This document shows positions 1 through 11,700 of a DNA stretch of 62,862 bases, in pieces (position 1 is the first letter of the stretch; the number at the start of each line of letters is the position of its first letter). The notes under the pieces were generated by a model. The model was not told the DNA's origin. It saw only the letters and a program-made list of their open reading frames with translations, and made no database searches. Origin of the DNA: Aplysia californica (lineage: Eukaryota); contig NW_004797298.1 in the NCBI RefSeq assembly GCF_000002075.1, positions 1,864,257-1,927,118 on the forward strand, in the 5' to 3' direction. The position numbers and the translations under genes are program-made.

Positions 1-113
1 TATTGTATGTTCTTCTTTTTACTCGAAAAACATCAGTAATAAGTTCTGTCTCCTTCTTGAGCTCCCATCTAGTTGTGTTTGTGCTGACATGTCTCGTTGT
101 TTGTGTTCCGCAG

Positions 114-262
114 GAGATTGTGGCCACCCTGAACAACCACCTGAAGCCCTTGGTGCTGGCCGAAATGTCTGTGCTAGTGGACGTTCTGCACCGGCCGGAA
201 CTGTTGTTCCCACCCTCCACCGAGGCCAGGGAGAAGTGTGAGAGTGGTGGATTCATAGCCAG
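114..262 (+). CDS. Itpr: Itpr exon [49 protein letters not shown](R)
   Basis: cag| at 113, AG|gtgact; phase 0 to 2. Confidence 0.96.
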
Positions 263-2731
263 GTGACTGCACTTTTCAAGATTCTCTATTTCTGAGATTG
301 GACATTAATCTTGCTTATCCTCTTTAGCCCAAAGACACAAAACCAAGTACTCAATGTAATGATTCTCTCAAAGTACATGTATGTTTATGTCAATATTTCT
401 TTGTATGTGTGTTTGTTTACTTTACAACCTAATACTAGGGCGAAAAATCTCGGAGGGCCCGTGTGCAAGTTGCGCACGTTAAAGATCCCTTGGTGGTCTA
501 AAATCGATAAGAGTAGGCTTCGGCCGCCACCCGGGCAAAATTCAAAATTTCCTACCAACTGAAAATATTAGGTGTGTCCCGCGCTCATATGTGTGTGCTC
601 ATATGACCTATGCAGTTGCGAGCGCCGTAAAACACTTTACAAAAACAAAAACAAACAACCTAATACTCTTATCTGTCCCATATGAGTAGGGCCTACTCCT
701 TTGTCATGTCCTCTCTCTTCCTCATNNNNNNNNNNNNNNNNNNNNNNNNNNNNNNNNNNNNNNNNNNNNNNNNNNNNNNNNNNNNNNNNNNNNNNNNNNN
801 NNNNNNNNNNNNNNNNNNNNNNNNNNNNNNNNNNNNNNNNNNNNNNNNNNNNNNNNNNNNNNNNNNNNNNNNNNNNNNNNNNNNNNNNNNNATGTCACTG
901 AATGTATGCGTACGTGTCCTCCACAGGCTGATCCGGCACACAGAGTGTCTGCTGGAAGAGAAGGAAGAGAAGCTCTGCATCAAAGTGCTCCAGACGCTGA
1001 AAGACATGATGTCGGCCAACGAGAGCAGGTCTGAAAAGGTGAGGGGCACCCACCGCTTAGACTGTGGGCTAGTCTAGTCACTCCTGAGTTAGCACAACTG
1101 TCCTTTTCTTTGTCCCATCTTTTCCCCCATGCTTCGCAATGCGGGAATCTGTTTTACTAACGTAACTGACTAGTAAATGATACCTGATATCTCTTTGGTT
1201 GTTTTGACGTATGGGTGAATAGGTGAAAAGTTACTGTGCACTGGGAAAAAATGAACGATTAATGTTTTTGTGATGTGGGCAAAACCGTTTTGTCAGCATT
1301 TGACTTTATTTTGATCTTCCCCTGGCAGATACTTGCACTCCCTGTCTGTATGTTGAGATAAATTTTTTTATCCTGCCTAGCCAGATAGTCTTACACAAAC
1401 ACAAAGCCCACTTGTAACCAAGCTGCGATGGTCACCTAATCCTTGTCAGTTGCATTTATGAGGCTGTAAAGGATAGTGAAGCAAAGCTTAAGGAACAAGT
1501 GTAATTTGCAACTTTGTTATGTTGCAAAAAGATTGAATGGGTCAAATCAAGAGGTGCTAACTTTTGTTTCATCTGTTTTTTCTATAATGAAGCTAAATCT
1601 TTTGTCTTTTCATAGCACAGGTGTTGATAACTTGTCGCCCCTAAGACAAACAACCAATTAACGTCTCTTTTTCTTTTTGGTCATGATAGCTTTGACTGAA
1701 GATGTACTGATAACTGCAGGTGATTGATGGGTGCTCTAATCAATTCTGATTTTTTCACTTATTTTCAGTATTTATATTATTATTCTAATCAGTTGGTGGT
1801 GAAGTTTACCATTTATAATACAGACTGTCCGTACATAGCAACTCAGCAACATAATGATAGCTTCTTTCCCTAGAGAAACTATGGTCTATGCTTTTACTTT
1901 AGGTTGTGATTGTGATCCATTGTTATGTGGTGTCAGACACACTGTTTAATTATCTTGTCCTACATTGTCTCTCTATTTTAAATTATCTCTAATTTTAAGA
2001 TTACATATGTGTCATTAAGATGTATTTTTATGTAGTTTAGTGCCTAAAAATGATTTACATTTTCATTAAAGTAGAGAACACACTGTTCATCTGTTTCCCT
2101 GTTTTTGCTTAAATGAAAAGTGTCTAAAAATGTTTTCTTTCTTCCGAAGCAAATCAAAGTTTTGAACAATTCAGTGCACCTTAAAGTTTTGAATGATTCA
2201 GTGTACTTATAGTGAGAGTCTAAAATAAATAATGTGTTCTTGTCTATTACAGTGTGGTTTGTGTTGTGTGTGCGTGAGTGCGTTTATATATGTGCACATA
2301 TGTATGTGCGTGTGTGTTTGTATGTGTGTATGTCGGTGTGACTAGTTGCACTTCCAAGGTTGAAGTGCATGACAAGGCTCTATCAGAACTCTTCAGCTCC
2401 TCTCATGCGTTATGACAATGCTGTTTCTCCTTTTGTGTTTGTGTGAGTCTGCCCGCNNNNNNNNNNNNNNNNNNNNNNNNNNNNNNNNNNNNNNNNNNNN
2501 NNNNNNNNNNNNNNNNNNNNNNNNNNNNNNNNNNNNNNNNNNNNNNNNNNNNNNNNNNNNNNNNNNNNNNNNNNNNNNNNNNNNNNNNNNNNNNNNNNNN
2601 NNNNNNNNNNNNNNNNNNNNNNNNNNNNNNNNNNNNNNNNNNNNNNNNNNNNNNNNNNNNNNNNNNNNNNNNNNNNNNNNNNNNNNNNNNNNNNNNNNNN
2701 NNNNNNNNNNNNNNNNNNNNNNNNNNNNNNN

Positions 2732-2766
<35 letters not shown>

Positions 2767-5700
2767 CATTGGTACTTACACAAGCTTCAACAACCATAAG
2801 CATGCGCATCTCTCCAAGAGAAGGTGTCCAAACACATCCGCTTTGTGCAATTTTCCCTCTTGTGCTTGACCATGATGTACTACACAGAGAGGATACCATA
2901 CGTTTCTAGGGACACCTGCTTCGAGCCTTTTTTTTCTCTCCTTCAGCCTGTGTATGGTATGCTATATACACATGACCATATGTCCCCACGTGTGCTGTGT
3001 ACAGAGTTGTGACCTCTATAGAACTGGCTGCCACTCTTTGCCGATATATATTTGCCTTTATTCTATTCCCTCAAGGGTCTAACTTTGAAGAGTGATAAAG
3101 AGAAGGTATCTATGATATGTTCTGCTGAAGTGTTTCCGTCTGTCTATCCGTCTGTCCGTCCGTCCGTTTTAATCTGGCATGTACTCCCATACACGACTAT
3201 GTCACAATGCCTGTACCCTGCCACCTCATTACTCACTCGTAACTTGCTTTTGCTCTCTCATGGCTAACTGACACAAGGTGGATTTGAAAGCGCTTAGTAA
3301 GAAAGAGTTAGAAGATCATCGAAGGGTAAGACCATCTCTCCTCTCATTTTATACATGTAAAAGTGACGCATGCTGCTATCCATGTTTTGTCTCTGTTTCT
3401 CTAAATTTGGTCAATTTGATTTTTTTTGTTGCTGTCATGGCATTTTTCTCTGTACTATTTTCATGTTGTTATACTGGTCCTCAATGGATAGTTTATTACT
3501 TTCTGTTTTGATGGTTGGTTATGTGTTGTCTCCTTTGTGTTTTACACTGTTGTTCATGGATCCTTGAACATGTTGTAGTTTGGTGTAGTCAATCTGTAGA
3601 AAATTGGTTTTGGACTTGCAGGTGTCAAGTTTAGTGTGTCAGTGTCTGTCAGAGTTTAAGTATTTTTACCAAATTAATTATGGTTAAGACTCAGAACTGT
3701 TCAGTGAGGGGTTTTCTTTGTTTACAAGTTTTTGAGTGTAGGTAGCTGTCATCAGCAGCCGATTTCTGTCCAGTCTTGAGTTGACTAGATTTGTAACAGA
3801 CTGACTTTAGTAAGAAGTAGGCCAAATATTAAGAATACATTTGAAAAGGACATGTGGCTGCTTGCTATGAAAGGGATGATGCTACATTTCTATGAAGATA
3901 AAATGGTCGTGTTCTAAAAATCAAGTGTCCTGTGAGCTGAGGGTCTTCCAGTCAGCTACCCCCTGAGTTCTAAGTAGGGGTATGCGGAAGGAGAAGTAGT
4001 ATTTGTAACACACTACATCTTTATTGCTTTTGAGAAAATACTCCTTCATTAGTTTATCTCCAGCCCCAACTCCACAAAAAAAAGAATGGGCTAGAATATG
4101 CGTCTGTATATATTTGTGAATACGCATGTTTGTGTGCTTGGGATAGGGGGGAGACCGGGTAAGCAAGGGAAAATATTGGTGATTGAGAGGTGGTAGATTG
4201 TAGAACTATCATTTCACTGAATAGGTGTTGGTCTTATTGTTGGGAACTGAAGGGCCTGGTCCTTCCTTTGCATCACAACATGAGGTTTTTGGGAGCAAAA
4301 AGTCTTACAAAATTGTATTGTTTGTTTCCTTTGTCTTGAGGATGGAGTTGTCTGCTGCTGATTCAATTCTTTCATTGTTTATGCTACCTTTATTTTTATC
4401 CATTCTTTACTCATTTGTTTATTGTAACGCTTCATTCCATACTTCCACACACAGAAAAACACACACACGCACACACAGATTTACACACACACAGGCACAC
4501 ATACACATACACACGAGATCCTGCTTGCAGACATAATATCAGTCGAAACAATCAGTCATCTTCACATTCACATTCACACACTTGCACTCAAGTTCAAACA
4601 TGTAACACTACGCTGCAGTCATGAAGTTCACTTCCAGACTCCCTTTCTGACTGTAGTACATGTATTTCCCTATTATCCTGGGCTTTGCCAACTACTGGTT
4701 TCCATCTTCACCGGACTCCTTAATACTTTCCCCAGAAAAAGTGAAGTAAAGGCTACTGCTCGCTACTTACCATACTCGTCACACTTTCTTTGAATAATTG
4801 TGAAATACATCTCAGTGCCGGCTACAAAATATGAACAGGATTTTGTATTACGGTGTAATTCTTCACCTCATTTCTCTATCCTGACCCTAACTTTCACAGG
4901 GCTAGAAGGACTTGACAGTGATATGGGTCAATGAATTCAAAAAGACTTGAAAAAAGAAGACATTAGTTTGGAAAAAAGAAAGTAAAGGTACCTGTAGACT
5001 AGATATCTGCAATCTGCAAGCTTGGATTTTTAGAAAAAGTTGTATTTTTGATTGAGTCTTTTTGTGGTTTTTATTGCCCAAGTGTGGACAAGACGATTGA
5101 TTGGTATATGGGAGAGAGATGATTAAAGGAATTTATAGGATTAAGAATGCTAGTTTGCTTTCATGCATGTGTAGAACTAGTTCGATGTTGTATGAGCTTT
5201 CTCGTTATATAAGAATTTTTGTTCATGAACTAATATTGTGTAGCAATTTTAGTTTCTTGAATAATTGTTTGGTTCACTGTCTTGTTTATCGTTAAGCATT
5301 GCGCAGTATCATGATGTAACCTGAATTTTAGTCTATGTTGCTTGTCATAGCAGACCAGTAAAATGCTTCAAGCAATTCCTGACTAATAACATATTGACGC
5401 TGGTCCTGCAGTCCAGACAGGCAAAATAACTTCATATTTATTGGACTGGCTTTGCAAGGCACAGATCACTGTTATCTCAAGTGGTTTGGTGAAAAATAGA
5501 GTAGGGAGCAGTGGCAAGATAGTCTCATGTTGTGCCTTGTGGGAGGGATGCTCAGCGGGTAGATTTGTCTGTTAGATTGTATTTGAAATAGATGTTGCCT
5601 ACCATTACACAGATATATGAGAAGTCACTCTTCTTTTGCTATGTATTATTCTATTTTGTTTTCTCGAATAGCTCAAGTCATAAGTTTCCGACCTTCTATT

Positions 5701-8700
5701 CCTTGGGAATGTATAGAGAAAGAATACTTCTTGTTATATTTTCCTCTCATTTGATCTTAGCCTGTCGTCTTGTATTTGTCTTTTCTCTATTTGTATAGCT
5801 TACTCTGTATTGTAGACTGACTTTACTTTGCATACCCTCTTGTTTGTCATTTCACTCTTCCCAGCCAGCATGCAGAGTATTTTAAATCTCGTATATGTCT
5901 TAAAGGCCTAGATCTCCAGTGATCACAGTCAGTGTGTATCAGTACTCACTATAATTTGAATTTCCCAGCTTTTTTTTATTACCTACTGTCTTACTGGAGA
6001 AGGGGTTATTTTTGGTGTATGAGTGGATATGTGAGTTTTTGTTTTGTTTGTTTTTAGGGGGGAGGAGTGTTGGCGGTAATGTTTTTGTTGAGGAACCACT
6101 TTTGCTGCCGATGATAGGTGGCTCTACCTCAAAACCTCTGCTGTTTGCAAGATCAAGGATGCTATCTGCCTTTAAGATTTCAAGAATTTGACCTATCCGC
6201 TTCCTAAATTTTTGGAGGGATGAAATTTGATTTCTTTGCCCTCTTTTATTGTTGTAGTAATCTGTGATTGTGCAGATACTGGTTTCTTGAGGTTTGTCCT
6301 CCTCCTAGTTTTGAGAAGCCTTGTCTGTTTTTGGGGGTTTTTTCTAGTTCGTAATTGGATGTAATTTCTGTTGTTTGGAGAAATTGTTATTCCATGTTTT
6401 ATTTTTGAACTACTTTTTTCTGCTGTTGTTACCAATTTTTTTATATTCTGTCACTGCTATAGACTGTGAGATTGTTATGGGCTTGTGCAGTAGCAGGCCT
6501 TCTGACTGCTCGTTGATGAATTGTTTAGGAGTGGATATTGGGTTGTTTTGTGTGCATAGTCTAGATCAAGTCAGCAGTGTCTGCCACATCTACACAGAGA
6601 GTGGGTAGTTGGGGGGTTGTCTGGTGTGGTTTGCTCCTTCTTTTCTATCAAACATCTATCGTTCTTTTCTCTCCTCCTTTTTTGTTGTTGTTACTCTCTT
6701 GTAACACCTCTAATAGTTAGCTCTTATACGGCCTATTGTGTTGCAAAATTCTTACTAAAACTAAACTAAAATCTGCACAGAGGTCATTTTGTCCGCATTT
6801 CCAGGTGCTAATTTGTGCTACCACAACGCTACTTGGGACTTATTACGACTTTGGACACACGTTGTCTCATGGGCTCACTTTCTTTACTCCTTTGCTTTAC
6901 TCTTCTACTTACCGTACACACACTTCAGTGTGCAGTGATGTAAATCTAGCAATCATCCCTGGGGAGTTCAGGTTCACAGGTCTTATAGGCTCAGGAGGGC
7001 CAGGACGCAAACTTTACTTTTTTCTTCCGCTTGTACCGGGGGGGGGGGGTCGCAGGGAGACGCAAGCGTCTGTCTGCAGCAAGGCGAGTGGCTTGTAGGA
7101 GGGACATCCCATGAGCTCTCACAGATTCACTCGATCGCCCCCCTGGTCTTCTTCTGGCTCTCCATCCAGAATATTTTATGTTGTATGCTCTCAGAGCTGG
7201 ATGGTTTGAGGGCATCCGCGTGAGGTGTCCGAACAGGACGCAAAGGATTGAAATAAAAGGCTTACAAGGACTTGTTGGTCATTTTAGTTTCATAAGTGTC
7301 ATTTGTAGTTATGGAGATAATTTGGAATTGTAGAACATTTTAAATTATGCTTATAAACATTTGGTTTTTTTCAAGCATTCTGTATAGACTAGTGCTGTTG
7401 TAATACTAATGTTTTTTTAATACAGTATTATTATGCAAGGCTTTTCATAGTAGAATTAGTTGCCTCTTGCTTTACATTAGAATTACCCATGCATGTTTGG
7501 GTATGACTACTACTGACCCTCATAGCTCCCTGTAGATGTTGTTTTAGTATTTTAATGCTTGATAGAGTAGGGTTTGTATTATTTTGTTTACTTACAAGAC
7601 TAAAAGAAAATACCAGAGGTTCGTGAGGATTTGAATTATGAATGGGTGATGATTGCGGAAGGTTAGAGCGTGTCACTGGTAGGCCATACTTTCCCCCTCT
7701 TGTTTCTTTCTGTCTGTCTGACTTTTTCCCTGCACCAAATGACCATTATTGTGTTGATGTGCTTCTCTGTACTCACACAAAACAGACCACTGATGGTAGT
7801 GTTAATCCTAAGCATGTGTAGACGGTTTCAGTAGCTTTCTGGAGAAAACTGATGGTATGATATATAAATGTTGCCTTCATACAAAACACTGTGATGATTT
7901 GAAACTTGTCATGTGGAGTATCGGGCATTAAGCTTTCCAGTTTTTTCTTGTGGCTTTTTGTAGGATATGGAGGGTTATGTTTATAGAATATAATTATGTT
8001 TGGCTCTCAGCTCTGTCTTTTTCTCTGTGCGTGTGGTGTCTGTAAGAGTGTTGACATGGTGTTTGTAGTTAGTTTTTATGCTTGTAGTGTATTGTTCTTC
8101 AATAACAGTCTTCTTAAGGTCTGCTCATGATCTGGTTTATGTGCTTTTGCACTTAACCATCATTTCATGCTGGACGACACTGTATCTAAGGATAAATTTC
8201 AGTATAAGGCTCTCGTGAATTGTTTTAGGACTTTTTAATTCATAGCTCTCACCCAGTTGGCTCAGTCCCATCAGAGGATGCTTAAATTCAAGGTCTGACC
8301 TCTTGCATAACAGTATTTTGTGAGGAATATTATATTTGTGACACAAATTACAGACTTTTCTGTTTCCCTGAGATCTTTTGCGGGAGAGAAAAAGTCTAGA
8401 TAAATGACATGAAATGATTAGAAAATGAAATTTTGTTTGTCTGCTGTGTCAGGGTGCATGTGTTTGTAGATGTGCTTATATGTGGGAGTGAGTGTGAATG
8501 TGTGTCTGCATGTTTGTCTATGCTTTTTACTTCTGTGAAAAATGTTTAAAAATGTTTACTAATTTTTTTGTGCTCGTACCAGACAGAAATTCAAGAGTTT
8601 AACATCGGCCATCTGTACATAATATGCTGTTGACCTCCTTAATAGTGTTTACTATGGTTATATAGCAAAATCATATCTGTGAGTGCCAGTTATTTCGGTG

Positions 8701-11700
8701 TTCGTTCACTGTGTACATCTTGTCTCGATAGTTTGCATTTATTTTGGCACTGTGCCCTTTAATGATTTGTCCCTGTTATCATTTGTTCATTGTCTCTTTG
8801 TAGGTCATGAAATTCTTAAAAGTAAAAATTTTTTATAAAAGATTTATGTCTTTAAGCCATTCTCTCCTTATCAACATCATCTTTCAGTAATATGTTAGCA
8901 AAAAGCTGTGAGTGTTGTTTGACTTGAATATTCGTTCGATGTGTCTTGTCAGGGGAACTTTTGGCTTGTGGGCGATCTGGTGAGGTCGGCTCGTTTTTTT
9001 TCATCTTTTCAATGTTGCCATTATTTTGGTTGCTAAAGAATATTGTGCTGCTGACTGTCGTAAATTGCGTCTCAATTTGTTCAGACGGTTTTTAGTAGGG
9101 TACCTCCGAAAATCTTTTTTTGTTTCCTATACCTCTGTTGTTTCTATCAAGCCATTTTTTCGACTTTTTACAGAACTAAATTATATGTTACAGTTTTGGT
9201 ATACATCTTTTTTTCCTCCTGAGACAGTTGTCTTCTATGGATGGTTGGCTGGTGCTCTGGTGTTGTTTGCTCCTTCTTTCCTACCAATGTCTATCGTCCT
9301 TAGTAACGCTCTTGTAACACTTTTAACCCTCTCCTTACGTCATGGTTTTCTATTGTATCCATACGACGTGGGGACCTCTGTGCCACCACTTTCAAAGAGG
9401 AAATTTACTCGTTAATCCGATCCGTACTCTTTGCATAGCAGTCTGTCAAAATGATTTTTTGAGAAACATAGAATATTTCAAAGAGATCTTCGTACTTGAA
9501 GTATTCTAAAATGTGAAGAATACAACCGGGGGGGGGGGGGTACAAAATGACCCCAGGGCGTACGGATAGGTTTAATCTTTGGCATTTTTAGGACCTTATT
9601 GTAACTATATGTGTTACAAGTGCCATAAGATTCTTACTATAACTAAAATGCCTGCCTGATGAAAGGGGCCATTGCCGAACTGGCTCACCGTGAACTCCAA
9701 CACTCACCAAGGTCTGTGTATGTACAGTGTGTTTTCTGTGGTCTCCCCTCAGTGCGAGGCGCTACGTCAGAGCCTCCTGATGCGCTACTACGACCGCTCA
9801 CAGCCACGCAGCCGGCGAGAGAGCCAGTCCAGTGGACCATCCAGCGGGCCAGGCTCCACCATGTTGAGTCAAGCTAACAATCTGTCCTTGCATGATGTAC
9901 AGGTGAGTGCTCACTCTTTGTAAGTGTTTGGAAGGGGCTGTGGTCCTTTGGTACTTCCCCAAGATCTTACTACTTTACTTCCTTCTTTTATTTCTGACTG
10001 TCTATCTGTTGGTTTTGCTCTTTTCCAGCCCTATATGATGGTTATTTTGATTCTAATGAGAAATGTGCACTACATACCATGCAGTACTATCGTGACCACA
10101 AAAACCCCCCACCTGAAAGTACCTTTGTGTGATGTTTCTAGATGTTTATTCCCTCCATTACAGTAGGCACACCTGTAAAGTGCCCATAAACAACTGTTGG
10201 GTGATTGGTGTCTTTATCTTTGAACCTACTGTGCCAGAGCCACCTTTTTGTACAAAATCTTTTTAAAAAGATCAGTGTATGTCCTTGTACATTCACTGCA
10301 TGTGTATTTATGTGGGGTTTTTTTCTAATCCTATGTCCAGTGTTTCCTGGATGACAAGGGTGCCTCCAACCTGGTGATAGATCTCATCATCAAAAATACT
10401 AGTAATAAAGTCTTCCTAGAGACTGTTGAGCTGGGCATTGCACTGCTGGAGGGAGGCAACAGCAAGATACAGGTGAGTGTCACTTGTACGTTTTCCTTAC
10501 TTGGCGTCAAGCAGGAGTGAGGAGATTAAGATGTGAAAGGTGTTTTATAGTGGTATGTGTCAAAGTCTTACTGTTTGCTTGAGTTGATTTTTGTTGGCCT
10601 GCCACCTCTATCTGCCATTACCTCAATGCCTATGGATTGGAGTTGGGAAGACACCCATTATATACAAGCATGGATGCAAACTTTCTAATGGTGGATTCTC
10701 TCTCAAACAGCCATGCCCTGGTGTACACATGTATTCTTTTTTTAGTTTATAATCTCTTCTCTTTGTTTTTCTCTCGCTCTGCAACAGCTTGGCCAAATGC
10801 CCAGACTTGAAAATGAACTATTTGTATTTGAAAAAGTCGGCCATCATGTTATGACTTGTCAGCATCTTCCTGGTGAAAAGTTCAGGATACAGAGCCAAAA
10901 GAAACATCAGAGGCAACTGCAAGTTTTAAGACAGCTGAATGACCCATGTTTGTGTTTGGGTGAACAGAATTATTGGCAAGTTATGCCTTGACTTCTACTC
11001 TGTTTCTCAGAAATCTATATACCAGCGGCTGACCACAGACAAGGACGCTGACATCTTCTTCAAGGTGTTCCTTGACCGCATGCGTGACGCACAGGCTGAG
11101 ATACGCAACACGGTGACAGTGAACACATCAGACACAGAGCACAGGCAGCACCGTGAGGAAGACAAGAAAAAGAAAGGTGAAGTTTACTACTGAGATTATT
11201 TAAAAGTTTTGTCACTTTTCTCGAATTTAGGAAATTTGATGTTAGAGAATTGTATTAATTATGTAGCCTCTGAACTGAAGTTTTATGAATGTTGTGTCAA
11301 AATATTTTTGAGGAAACAGTCAAAGCTTGAGGTGAAATCTGCCTCTGGCTTCTTGCCTCATGTCTGGCTAAATGTTTTGTCTCTGTGTCTCGCTACCTTT
11401 TTCAGAGTTGTTTTTAAAAAATGTGCATATAGTGACATTATGGGAGAGCATACGTTAAGTGTTTATCTGTTATTCATAGATGTAAAGTAAGGTCATTTGT
11501 CTTCTAGTATTGTTGTGAATGCATACAAATGGTGAGTCGAAGACTTGCCTGCTTTTGAATTTTTACTCTTTTGTCTAATTAACGGACAGAGTTGGTCACT
11601 CAATCTCAGCCACACATTCTGTTTCCCCTTCCCTCCAACCCAATCTCATTCATGCACATCATATTACACTTGGCTGAAATAAATGTTTTGTGCTGGAGCA

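Noticed and set aside
5865-5876. 12-nt microexon candidate PACR
   Set aside because: Good acceptor but weak donor (A|gtattt); expected by chance in an 8.7-kb intron.
6940-7260. GC-richer intronic island with AATAAA (solo LTR or hidden exon)
   Set aside because: No TG..CA termini, TSD, second copy or usable reading frame identified.
10788-10991. Acceptor-like site followed by an open frame ([12 protein letters not shown]..)
   Set aside because: Would interrupt the conserved GGNSKIQ|KSIY junction; no good phase-0 donor; no IP3R similarity.
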